DNA of 64,000 bases from an uncultured Thermoleophilia bacterium (GTDB lineage: Bacteria > Actinomycetota > Thermoleophilia > UBA2241), in contig CAVPCT010000005.1 of assembly GCA_963702475.1 (NCBI GenBank), positions 1,020,011-1,084,010 on the forward strand. The letters are read 5' to 3'. How positions within the stretch are numbered: position 1 is the first letter of the stretch; the number at the start of each line of letters is the position of its first letter. Below are positions 9,629-20,141 of this stretch, piece by piece. A model generated the notes under the pieces. The model had not been told where the DNA came from and ran no database searches. It saw only the letters and a list, made by a program, of their open reading frames with translations. A program made the translations under genes and the position numbers.

Positions 9629-10621
9629 CTAGACGATTGATTCCACGAGATTGAGCCTGTCCAAGGGAAGCAAAGCAGAGAGGCCGAAGCCGACGGTGCC
9701 AAAGACACCGTCTGCCCGGAGGCCACGATGGACGCCGACCTCGTCACTCTCTGCACCGTCATCTCTTGCACAGCCGACGATCTTCTGCCAGAGGCCACGG
9801 GCCAACGCCCGGCGACGGATCACCGACGCCGAGCTCGTCACGCTCTGCGTCGCGTGAGGCGATCATGGGCATCCCGAGTGACCGGAGGTTCCTTGCGACG
9901 GCGCGCAAGCGGCTCGTGCACCTCTTCCCGGTCATGCCCACGCAAGCGCCTACCATAAGCGCCGCCGCAGGCTCGCGGAGCGCTCGAGTGGCTCCTGGGC
10001 GCACTTCGCCGCCGACAGCCCGGGCTTCAGCGATGACCTCCTGCTCTGCGACTCGACCCGGTGGAGTGCGGCCGCAGCCGCGAGACAGCGAAGCGCTCGG
10101 CACTCGGAGAGGCCGCGGGCTATGGCTACTGCGCCGCCGCACGCGCTGGTGCTGGGGCTTTCGCCTCCATCTCCTGGCCGCTCCCGACGGGACGCCGCGA
10201 GCCTTCACGCTCGCCGATCCGCGGCGCGACGAGCGTGAGGTGGCGCTCGAGCTGCTGGGGCGGGCGGAGCTCGCCGGCGAGGTGCTCGTCTGCGACAAAG
10301 GCTACGCCGGCCGGGACTTCGCCGACGCCGCAGGGGCGCTCGGCGTGCTCGTCGTGCGTCCGGTCGCGCAAGGACGAGCCAGGCCGGGGTCCTCACCTGG
10401 CCCCCATCCGCCAGCGCATCGAGTCGATCTTTCGGACCTGCAAAGACCTGCTCACCCTGGAGCGCCACGGGGCGCGCACCCTGGCCGGCCTGCATGAGCG
10501 CGTCCTGCAGCGGTTCTGCTGCCTGGCGGCCTGCATCAGCCTCAACCACCGCCTGGGCAGGCCGAGCCGGGCGCTGTCGACTACTGCGCCTGAAGCTGTG
10601 GGCGTGGAATCAATCATCTAG
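9629..10621 (+). mobile_element. IS982-family insertion sequence, copy 1
   Basis: Terminal inverted repeats CTAGACGATTGATTCCACG / CGTGGAATCAATCATCTAG, about 1 kb long, with an internal DDE transposase. Confidence 0.85.
9728..10593 (+). pseudogene. IS982-family transposase, disrupted
   Basis: ITDAELVTL, DSTPVECGRSRET, GFRLHL, CDKGYAG and RQRIESIF..KDLLTLERHG motifs spread over several frames. Confidence 0.8.
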
Positions 10622-10958
10622 CTAGGCGGCAGCTGGTCGGCGCAGCGGCGGCTCCGGGCCCGCCATCGCTCCGGGTTGTGCCGCGAGCCTAGCGCTGCCA
10701 AGAGCGCCGGCGGTCCGAGCCAGCCCTGCAGCGAGAGACGCCCTTCCGGCGTTCTGTAACGCGACCGGCCACTGTGTCGGGGACTACCTGAGCGACGGCC
10801 GCATGTTGCCAGTGCTGGCGACGCCGACGGCGCACGCTCGTCGACGGGCCATCGATTCGCGCGTACTATCAAGGACGCAGAGAGGATGCCGAGATTGACA
10901 TGTCGTGCAAGCCTTTGCACCCAGCCGCGGGCACTCGGCGCAACCAGAAGGGGTACCA

Positions 10959-11375
10959 ATGAGAAAGCATGTCGTCATCGTCGTCTTGGTGCTGTGTCTC
11001 GTCGCCCTATTCGCAGTCACCGCGCCTCCAAGCAGCGCGCGCGTCTACTACAACTCGCCGGGGTACTGGGCCAACCACGTGAGCGCCTGGTACACCTGGG
11101 ACACCGGGTGGACCTTCGGGGGCGTGACCTACACCGACCCTGCCGTTCCAGCCGGGCTGATGCTGACCCCGCCAAAGGGAGACAAGACCTGGACGGTGTT
11201 CAACACGGTCGTGGCCGCGGAGCTCAACGCCCAGCCCAGCACGTGGCCAGACAAGTTCCTCCTCAACCGGTGGCTCATGGCGCATCCGTTGGGCAGCGAC
11301 GTCAGGGGAAGCAGCGCTGCATGGCAGGAGATCGAGCCCGTCGTCAACGCGCTCCAGGCTACCTTCACAATGTGA
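10959..11375 (+). CDS. Small secreted protein of unknown function
   Basis: GAAGGGG RBS, clear signal peptide, SPGYWANH..W...GGVTY...KGD...VAAELN motif. Confidence 0.75.
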   Translation: MRKHVVIVVLVLCLVALFAVTAPPSSARVYYNSPGYWANHVSAWYTWDTGWTFGGVTYTDPAVPAGLMLTPPKGDKTWTVFNTVVAAELNAQPSTWPDKFLLNRWLMAHPLGSDVRGSSAAWQEIEPVVNALQATFTM

Positions 11376-11594
11376 CGCTTCGTCTCTCCCGTGCGATACG
11401 CGCGTCGGCGACCCGTGGCGGCTGGCACGGGGTCGCCGTCTCTCCTGGGCCCGAACGCTCGATGACCGCGTCCGCCTCGCTCACGCACGAAGGGCCCCGC
11501 TGCCCGTGACGCGTCGGCGGGTTCTCCGGGATCGACCGGCCAACGCCCAGCGCTGACGCGCCCGCCCGCCGACTCTCTGGCGGTCGGCGCCCGC

Positions 11595-11730
11595 TCTCAC
11601 TGCACCTTCAGTCTGCCTGCCGCTCACGGCCTGCGGGTTGCCGGCCTGGTCGGTGGCGAGCACGGATCAGGTGTACGTGCCCGCCTGCTGGGCGCACTCC
11701 AACTGGTACGCCAGCGCTGCAGACGCCCAC
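11595..11730 (-). pseudogene. Remnant of the C-terminal ATDxAGNxQ domain of a secreted protein
   Basis: Reads GTYT*SVLATDQAGNPQAV, similar to GNYRFFIYATDEAGNAQEK at the end of the 14686..16267 gene. Confidence 0.5.
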
Positions 11731-11757
11731 GTTCAGTGTCCTCTCCGTGAGGCCGCC

Positions 11758-12361
11758 CTAGACGATTGATTCCACTAGATTGAGCCTGTCCAAGGGAAGC
11801 AAAGCAGAGAGGCCGAAGCCGACGGTGCCAAAGACACCGTCTGCCCGGAGGCCACGATGGACGCCGACCTCGTCACTCTCTGCACCGTCATCTCTTGCAC
11901 AGCCGACGATCTTCTGCCAGAGGCCAGGGCCAACGCCCGGCGCCGGATCACCGACGCCGAGCTCGTCACGCTCTGCGTCGCGTGAGGCGATCATGGGCAT
12001 CCCGAGTGACCGGAGGTTCCTTGCGACGGCGCGCAAGCGGCTCGTGCACCTCTTCCCGGTCATGCCCACGCAGAGCGCCTACCATAAGCGCCGCCGCAGG
12101 CTCAGCGCAGCGCTTGAGTGGCTCCGGGCGCACTTCGCCGCCGACAGCCCGGGCTTCAGCGATGACCTCCTGCTCTGCGACTCGACCCCGGTGGAGTGCG
12201 GCCGCAGCCGCGAGACAGCGAAGCGCTCGGCACTCGGAGAGGCCGCGGGCTATGGCTACTGCGCCGCCCGCACGCGCTGGTGCTGGGGCTTTCGCCTCCA
12301 TCTCCTGGCCGCTCCCGACGGGACGCCGCGAGCCTTCACGCTCGCCGATCCGCGGCGCGAC
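11758..12361 (+). mobile_element. IS982-family insertion sequence, copy 2 (3'-truncated)
   Basis: Near-identical to copy 1 from the left IR until identity stops at about 12361; no right IR. Confidence 0.85.
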
Positions 12362-12647
12362 CGGGGACGGCGTCCCCTACTGCATCTTCCCGACCGCGAG
12401 CAGCCCGACCTGGCAGGTGCAGTCGGCACGCCGGACAAACCAGTCCATCCCCTGACTTGGCCGCGTTCGGATCGAGTGGCCTGCCATTGCTCATCGAGAG
12501 GACACTGAGAGGCACCCGACAGAGCAGACGGCCGGGCGGACTCAACAACCAGCGTCAAGAAGGCTCGCAGTGACGACAGACGCGCCCGACTCCTACGGGA
12601 ACGTCTGTACGCCAATGACACCCTGCTTCGCGGAGCTGCCAAGGCAG

Positions 12648-12680
12648 GCGTCCTGTCCCGGAATTGCCGGGACAGGACGC
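12648..12680 (-). terminator. Hairpin terminator downstream of the adenylating ligase
   Basis: Perfect 14-bp stem GCGTCCTGTCCCGG-aattg-CCGGGACAGGACGC abutting the stop codon. Confidence 0.65.
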
Positions 12681-14229
12681 TTAGACGGTGCGCACCAGTT
12701 CGCTGCGCAGGACCTTGCCGGCGGCGCTGCGCGGCAGGACGTCCCGGAAGTGGACGCCGCGCGGTATCTTGTAGGGGGCGAGGTACTCGCGGCAGTGGGC
12801 GAGGATGAGCTCCCGCGAGACGTCGACGCCCGGCGCGACGACCACGAACGCCTCGACCGCCTCGCCGAGCAGCTCGTCCGGCACGCCGGCGACACAGACC
12901 TCGGCCACGCCCGTCACCTCCGCGATCACGTCCTCGATCTCGCGCGGGCTGACGCGGTTGGCTCCCACCTTGATCATGTTCTTGATGCGGTCGACCAGGA
13001 AGATGAAGCCGTCATCGTCCTTGCGCCCGAGATCGCCCGTGTGCAGGCCGTCGGCCTTGAGCACGAGGGCGGTCTCCGCGGGGTCGTTCCAGTAGCCCTG
13101 CATGATGTTCTCGCCGGCGGCCACCAGCTCGCCGACTTCGCCCGGCGCGCACTCGCGGCCGTGCTCGTCGCGGATGGTCAGCGTGACGCCGGGGATCGGG
13201 ATGCCGATGCTGCCGAGCTTCTCGCGCAGGCGTTCCGGCGGCACGTAGCTCAACCGCGCCGAGGCCTCGGTCTGCCCGTACATCACGAACAGTCGTACGT
13301 GAGGAGGCAACTCGTCGAGGAGACGCCGCGTCAACGCCGCCGTCATGGCGCCGCCGGCCTGCGTGAGGTACCGCAGGTCCGGCCAGCCGCGACGCAGGAA
13401 GTCGGTCTTCGCCGCCAGGATCGCGTAGTTGGACGGTACGCCGGAGAAGCCGGAGACGCGCGACCGCTCGAGAGAGTCCACCACGGTCGACGGATACGCG
13501 AAGCGGTTGTCGACGACCACGCGCCCACCCACCGCGAAGTGCGTGAGCAGGAGCGAGTTGCCGAAGCTGTAGTGGAACGGCAGCACGCTGAGGACACTGT
13601 CGTCCGCCGTCAGGTGCAGATAGGCCAGGATCTGCCGGGTGTTGGCGGCGAGATTCCGGTGCGTGAGCGTAGCTCCCCGGGGCAGGCCGGTGGAACCGCT
13701 GGTGTAGAGGATCGCGCAGAGGTCGTCGAGGCCGACGTCACTCGCCACGCGCGCCGGACTGGCCGACGCTAAGTCCTCAGCCCGCAGCACCTGCACCCCC
13801 GCGGGCAACGCCCAGGCGGGGGCCACTCGGTCGATGATGACGAAGCGCAGATCGGGAGCGCCGTGGACGATCTCGGGCAGATCGTGCGAGACGCGTCCGG
13901 CCATGGTCACCAGCCCGACCGCCCCGCTGTCGGCTCAGCAAAGCCCCATGGGTGCGCGCCATGTTGGCGCCGTTCAAGGCCACACAGCAGGCGCCGGCCT
14001 TCAGGATCCCGAAGAACCCCTCGACGTAGGCGCGGCCGTTGTCCGCGAGCAATCCCAAGCGGTCGCCCCGCGCGACGCCCAGCTCGCGCAGGCGGGCCGC
14101 GAGACGATTGGCGCCCGCCTCGATCTCACCGTAGGTCAGGACGACGTCGCCATGCTCCAACGCGGCGGCGTCGCCGCGTTGATCGGCGCTCTGCTCGAGC
14201 AGCGTGTGGACCAGTGCAAGGTCTTCCAT
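12681..14229 (-). CDS. Class I adenylate-forming (AMP-binding) acyl/aminoacyl ligase
   Basis: YTSGSTGLPRG, MYGQTEA, HTGDLG and final SAAGKVLR motifs. Frameshift near 13930. Confidence 0.9.
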
Positions 14230-14685
14230 GTGCCAGACCATCGTGCGTTGGCGTGAGACAGAATCACCGAGGCTGTGGCCCGGTGCCCGCTGACAGGCAT
14301 CGTATCTCCTGCGCCCCAGCGATGGTAGCGGAGAGCAGCGGGCGTAGCCAAGAGAGCGAACGCGTTCCGGTGGACCTCCCGAGCCCGCCCTGGAAACTGG
14401 ATCATCGAGGCGGGCATGTCCCGGGAGTCGATCACGCATGCATAAGGCAGCCGACTCGCGGCGACAGCGCCATTCGTCCCACGCACAGTCTGCGATGCTC
14501 GGCTTTGGCCCGGACGTCTGCGTCGCCGTTCCCAGCCGACATCGAGTGGCGTACACTGGCGATACCTGCGGAGCGCGGCTTATGGCGATCAGCCTCTGGC
14601 AGCGAGGGCGGGATCAGGTGAGGACGCGGTGCAGATGGAGCCAGCTTCCAGGCGAACAGGGCAACCTCTCAGCGGGAGGCCGGAA

Positions 14686-16267
14686 ATGCGTTGTGACAAG
14701 GAGAGGAATCGGCGTCGCACCAGGGGCATCGTCGGCGGCCTGGTCCTCGCGGTCAGCGTCCTCGGCTTCGCTGGCGTGCTCGCTCTCCCCGTGCCGGCGG
14801 GGGCGTCCGTCAACACCGGCTCCGCCGGCCACGCCGGTGAAACTCGTCTTCGTCCACCACTCCACCGGCGAGGCCTGGCTGGCGGACGCACACGGCGGTC
14901 TCGGCATAGCGCTGCGCAATAACAACTACTTCGTCAGCGACACCAACTACGGCTGGGGTCCTGACGCGATCGGCGACACCACCGACATCGGCCACTGGTG
15001 GACCTGGTTCCGGGGCCCATCCTCGCCCACCTACCTCGCTGCCCTTTATGCGGAGAGCGGCCGGCACAGCCGCGGCTACTCCCGGCTCGACAAGGACCCC
15101 GGCGGCCCCAACGAGATCATCATGTTCAAGAGCTGCTACCCGAACTCGAAGCTGAGCATGCCAGAATCGCCTGTGCCGGCCATAGCCGACAATCCGCTCA
15201 AGGGCCGGGCCGTCGGCAGCAGCGCCTACACTGTCGCGAACGCCAAAGGCATCTACCTCGACCTCCTGCCCTACTTCGGCGCCCATCCCGAGAAGCTGTT
15301 CGTGGCCGTGGTCGCGCCGCCGGTCGCGTCTCCTGACACGCCCGGCGGCCGGGCGCTGGCCGACTGGCTCGTCGACCACTGGCTGCAGGACTCCGGCTAC
15401 ACCGTGGGCAATGTGCTGGTCTTCGACTTCTACAACGTGCTGAGCAGCAAGACCGGCGGTAGCGCGAGTGACGTCGGCCTCGCAACGGGCAACCATCACC
15501 GCGTCTGGAACGGTGCCGTCCAGCACAAGACCGACGAGGGCGCCAACCGCCTCGCCTACCCGAGTGCCACCGGTGGCAGCCATCCCAACGCCGCAGGCGA
15601 CCAGAAGGCGACAGCCGAGTTCGTACCGCTGCTCAACGCCGCCTACAACGCCTGGAAGGGTGAGCCGTCCCCGCCGCCCGTCACCACGGCCACGGGCTAC
15701 GACGACGCATGGCACCGCAGCGCGGTGACAGTGAGCTTCTCAGCCGTGCCCGCCGTCGGCGGCCTCCCTGTCGCCTACACCGAGTACCGCCTCGACGGTG
15801 ACGACTGGAAGCGCGGGAACTCGGTGGTCGTGACGGCCCCGGCCGACCACTCCGGCGACGGGCGGCACACCGTCTCCTATCGCTCCGCCGACATCGGCGT
15901 GCCGCCCAGCATCGAGGACGCGCGGACCTGCACCGTCAGGATCGACACCACGGGGCCCTCGACGCGGGCGCTCGGCAAGGCCACGGTGAAGACGGGCACA
16001 GCAGTGACCGTGAGGTACCGGGTCGATGACGCTCTTCCCAGCGGCGTCGCACTAAGCCCCACTGCGACCGTGCAGATTGTCGTGCGCTCGGCTTCCCAGA
16101 GAGTCGTCAAGCGCCTGCGCCTCGGCGAGCAGGCGACGAACGTGCCGCTCTCGACAAGGTGGAACTGCACTCTGAGGAGGGGCAACTACCGTTTCTTCAT
16201 CTACGCCACGGACGAGGCCGGAAACGCGCAGGAGAAGGTCGGCGTTGGCAGATTGACGGTGCGGTAG
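14686..16267 (+). CDS. Secreted protein: HHSTG SGNH-like domain, Ig-like domain, basic C-terminal domain
   Basis: GGGAGG RBS and signal peptide, frameshift near 14818, then KLVFVHHSTG, MFKSCYP, FDFYNVL and SHPNAAG. C-terminus ...YATDEAGNAQ..RLTVR. Confidence 0.75.
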
Positions 16268-16299
16268 GACTGACGACCGCGACCACTTCGTGGTCTACG

Positions 16300-16634
16300 T
16301 AGGTATCGCTCCATGATGGCGAGACGGGCGCGAAAGCGCCCCGCCGTGAAGATGAGGCCGTTGTCACCTCTGATGACCGGCGGGCGGTCCGGGCGCAGCG
16401 TGCCGAAGCGGGCGAGCCGGGCCTCTTCGAGAGCGCGCTCAGCCTCGCGGGCGCGGCCGCGCAGGCTGAACTCCCAGCCGACGATCTCGCGGTCGTGGCA
16501 AGCACGACCGCGGCCTTGCGCTTCGCCGTCCAGCGCTGAACCTCGTCGGGGATGTCGCTCATCACTGCCACCTCCTCCCTACTCATGATGAGCACGTCGC
16601 CCTGGTGGCTTCAAGAATCAGGGGAGCAGGATAC
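16300..16634 (-). mobile_element. Internally deleted IS3-family remnant
   Basis: End sequence GTATCCTGCTCCCCTGATTC. A DUF1153-like orfA start (QRWTAKRKAAVVL) is joined directly to an integrase-core fragment (CHDREIVGWEF...IRGDNGLIFT). Confidence 0.7.
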
Positions 16635-16855
16635 GACGCACATGATCACGGTGTAGCGCGGAGAGCCTGCCAGAGACGTATCGGGGGCAGGGACTGATCA
16701 AGTCGAAAGGGGCCGCCTGAGAGCAGCCAACCCTGGCCCATCAAGGTCCTGGTCGCCCGGGCCGGGCCACCACAGATCCGCCGGGGGTGTGTCCTACCCC
16801 GTGAAGCTTTGACCTTAGTGCGCCCCCCTGTCACTCGCCATCGTTACGACGGCGG

Positions 16856-18399
16856 TCAAGCATGTGAGTCGTAGCGGTAGTGATCGTAGCCGTGTCGCCG
16901 CATGGCCTTGACTATCAGCACCAGGCCCAGCTTACGGCACGGCATCAGCGAGATCTGGTTCGCCGCTTCCTGGAGCAGCGGTCGCTTCGCACGCGTGAGA
17001 TCGACGAGGAAGACCATCCCGTCCACGCAACGGGCTATCGCCGCGGTGTCACCCACGGCCAGCAGAGCCGGCGCATCGACAATGACCGTATCGAACTCCG
17101 CCTCAAGCTCGTCGATCACCGCGGCGAAACTCCTCGATGCGATGAGCTCCGCGGGATTCGGTGGCACGGGCCCGCTGGTGAGGATGGTCAGGGAACCATC
17201 ACGGTTCGATGACGCGATGGCACCGCCCATCGCAGCGGACCTCGGGCCGACCGTTCGCGACGTCAAAGCGGCCTTGAGTTCTGTCCTGCCGGTGAGCACT
17301 GTGGACACGCCCGTCGAGTTGGGGAGTCTGAGGTGCCTGTGTACCTGCGGCCGTCGCAGGTCGCCATCGACGAGTACGACTCGGTTGCCGGCTTCAGCCA
17401 ACGGCAAGGGCAAGGTTGCACACGGTAACGCTCTTGCCTTCATGCTGGAGGGCGCTTGTGATGAAGAGGGATCTTGACCGGCTGGTCGACGTTGGCGAAC
17501 TCCAGGCTTCCGCGCAGCTTCCGGATGGCTTCAGCTGATTGGTTCTGCGACCCATCCAGAACGAAGAGCATCTCGTCCTCCGAGGTGCCTGCCGGCATCT
17601 TCCGAATCTGACCCCACAAGGGCATGCCGAGGAGGGCAACAGCCTCTTCCTGGCTCCGCACACGCGTGTCGAACTGCGCAACGGTCAAGGCGATCACGAT
17701 GCCGAGCACCAGGCCAGCCACCAAGCCCATCGCTGCGTTGCGGACCGGGCGCGGCGAAAACGGTGCGTAGGGCGCGGTAGCCGGGGCGAGGATGGTGAAG
17801 TTGCCCGTCGCCGTCGCTTCGAGGATCTGAAGATCCTGGAGGCGCTGCTGGAGAGTGAGATACTCAGGAGTCTGTCTCGACGCCTCGCTGGTGAACGTCT
17901 CCATGCTGCTCCTGACAACCTGCTCCGCCTGGCGCACGCGAGCCTGTTCTCGCGCCTTTCGGTAGGCAGTGAACGCCTTGGCGTACGCGTTGGCGGCACT
18001 TGCCGCCATCTCCGCACTGGGACTGACTGCCCTGATCGACACGGTGCTGATGCTGCTCGGGTCGGTCGAGGAGCTCGACTTGGCGCCGGATACTGTTTCC
18101 ACGCTGAAGCTGGCCACCGTCGCACCCCCCGAGAGAATCGCCTTTGCGTCGCGGACAAGCTCCGGGCTCGCGATCACGTCTGCGACACTGGCAAGCTCCG
18201 TCTGCCTCAGCGAAGTGTCGACGAAACGCGCAGAGAGCGGATCCGCCACGTTCAGCTGATTCTCGTAGAGAAGCTTGGCAGACGCCTCGTACAGGGGCGT
18301 CTGCATGAAGGAGTACGCAAGAGCGAGTGCTGTCACTGCGGCCGTCACGAAGATGACGATCCATTTCTTCTGCCAGACGGCTCGCGCGTAGTCGCTCAA
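16856..18399 (-). CDS. Polysaccharide co-polymerase / BY-kinase (Wzz-Wzc, CapA-CapB fusion-like)
   Basis: N-terminal TM with TPLYEASA, PRPVRN-TM, EAIRKLR, Walker A EGKS, VDGDLRRP and PPNPAEL. Frameshifts near 17400-17470. Confidence 0.88.
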
Positions 18400-18552
18400 G
18401 GTCGGCTCTTGCCGCTGTTCGCCAAAGCAGTCAAGACACTCCTTCTCGTTCGCTACATCGTTCGCTACATCCTAGGGTGACCCGTCCCGTTCGGCAACGC
18501 GCGGCGGTCACTGCTCATACTCGGCGATCAAGTGGTCCACATATCGGCATCA

Positions 18553-19916
18553 TCACCGGCTTTCGCAAGGTCTCGAATGGAACGCAGAGGACCTTGACGA
18601 CGCTACCGTCACAACGCCCATCCACAGCGAGCGCAGGGTGCGGGCCCCTACAGCGCAGGGGTGCCTGCGGGAATCCGGCGGTCGAGCTCGACACCTGATG
18701 TGGAGGGCTGGGGCACACCGGACTCTCTCGGCCAGCGCCGCATTCCGCGCAAGGATCAGTGCCACGGCGAGGATCAGCAGAACCACGTTGTTGGTGTTCA
18801 GCAGATTCGTGTTGAACAGACAGAACAGGAGATAGAAGGCCAGATACCCCAACATGACCGCACTCATAGGATCATGTCGCCGGTTCCGCCACCCTATGCG
18901 TGCGGTAGCCGCCATGATGCCGGCAACCAGGGCGAATCCCACGATCCCCTGTTGCCCTAGCAGCTGCATGACCCAGTTGTGGGGCTCGAAGAAGTAGCGC
19001 ACATCGACGAGATAGAGCGCCCACTCCACTGATAGTCACCCAGCGGGTTCGCCACGAAGTAGTCCCATGCGAGTCTCGGGCGGTCGACCCTGTCATAGGC
19101 GCTGCCGTCGGCGGTCGGATTCAGCATCGTGCGAAGCGAGTAGATGACGCTGTCTCGAGCCATCGGAGACAAGGTGAACAGCAGCAGGGTGGCGGACGCG
19201 GCGACCAGCACGATGATAGCCGTTCGCCTCCCCAGCCGACCGGAGTTCACGAGCAACGCGGGCACGGTGAAGAGCAGAGCGACGTATGCGGAGCGATGAT
19301 TCGTGAGTGCCATCCCGAGCAGGCCCACCAAGGCCATGACATACGAAACTATCGTGGGACGCCGAAGGAAGAGCGACGTGAGAATCAGGAACCCGAACAG
19401 CAAGGTGGCGCCGCCCCAGAGCTCTCGCAGGCGGAAGGTCTCCCCTTCGTTCCATCCAGTGATCCCGACGGTCGCGTACTTGTAGAACGCGAAGAGGGCC
19501 AGACAGACAGCCGCCACATTGACCCAAGTCACGATCCGCTGAGGGGACACATACTTCAGTCCGACCAGGTACACGAACGGGATGAGCACCAACACGACCC
19601 GGTTGGACAGCTGGCGCGCAACAGCGATGGGATCCAGTCCGTGGAAGATCACGGCAATCGGGAGGACCACCGCGATCTGGTAGGCGAAATAGCCAAGCAC
19701 CAGTGCAATCACCGTACGATTCGCCGAGGGAATTGGCTGCCCCTGCCGCAGGGTCGCTTCCCGCAGCAGCAGAACGACGGCTACCAGCAAGAGAAGGTCG
19801 GAGAGGTAGACGTTGATGGGGCCGATGCTGAATCCCATGATCGCACCCTCTGCGTTGACGGCGGTCGAGACGGCCGTGTACGCAACGAGCACGAGAAGCA
19901 CTATGCGAATCAGCAT
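18553..19916 (-). CDS. O-antigen ligase / Wzy-like polymerase
   Basis: Many TMs with TNHRSA, R..W....NPLG and PHNWVMQLLGQQGIVG motifs. Frameshift near 19030; the 3' end is uncertain. Confidence 0.8.
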
Positions 19917-20141
19917 GGCCACGCTGAGATTGTAGCGGTTCCGAACAGCGGTTGGGGGTCGGCCTCCCGGGCGCGAGCGGCAGGCTGAGGCGTGAGCCAG
20001 CCACCGCTCGCGCGTCGTGCACGCTGGTCGCAACCGCCGTCGCTGGCCCTCACCGAGCCGTGTCTGGCAAGGGACGGAGCACGACGAACAGGGGCGGAGG
20101 TACCTCTCTCCGTCGCGAGTGACGCCTGGGGCTGCGCCTCG

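Noticed and set aside
16640-16855. Possible ncRNA in the intergenic region after the IS3 remnant
   Set aside because: No recognisable family motif or convincing extended secondary structure by eye.
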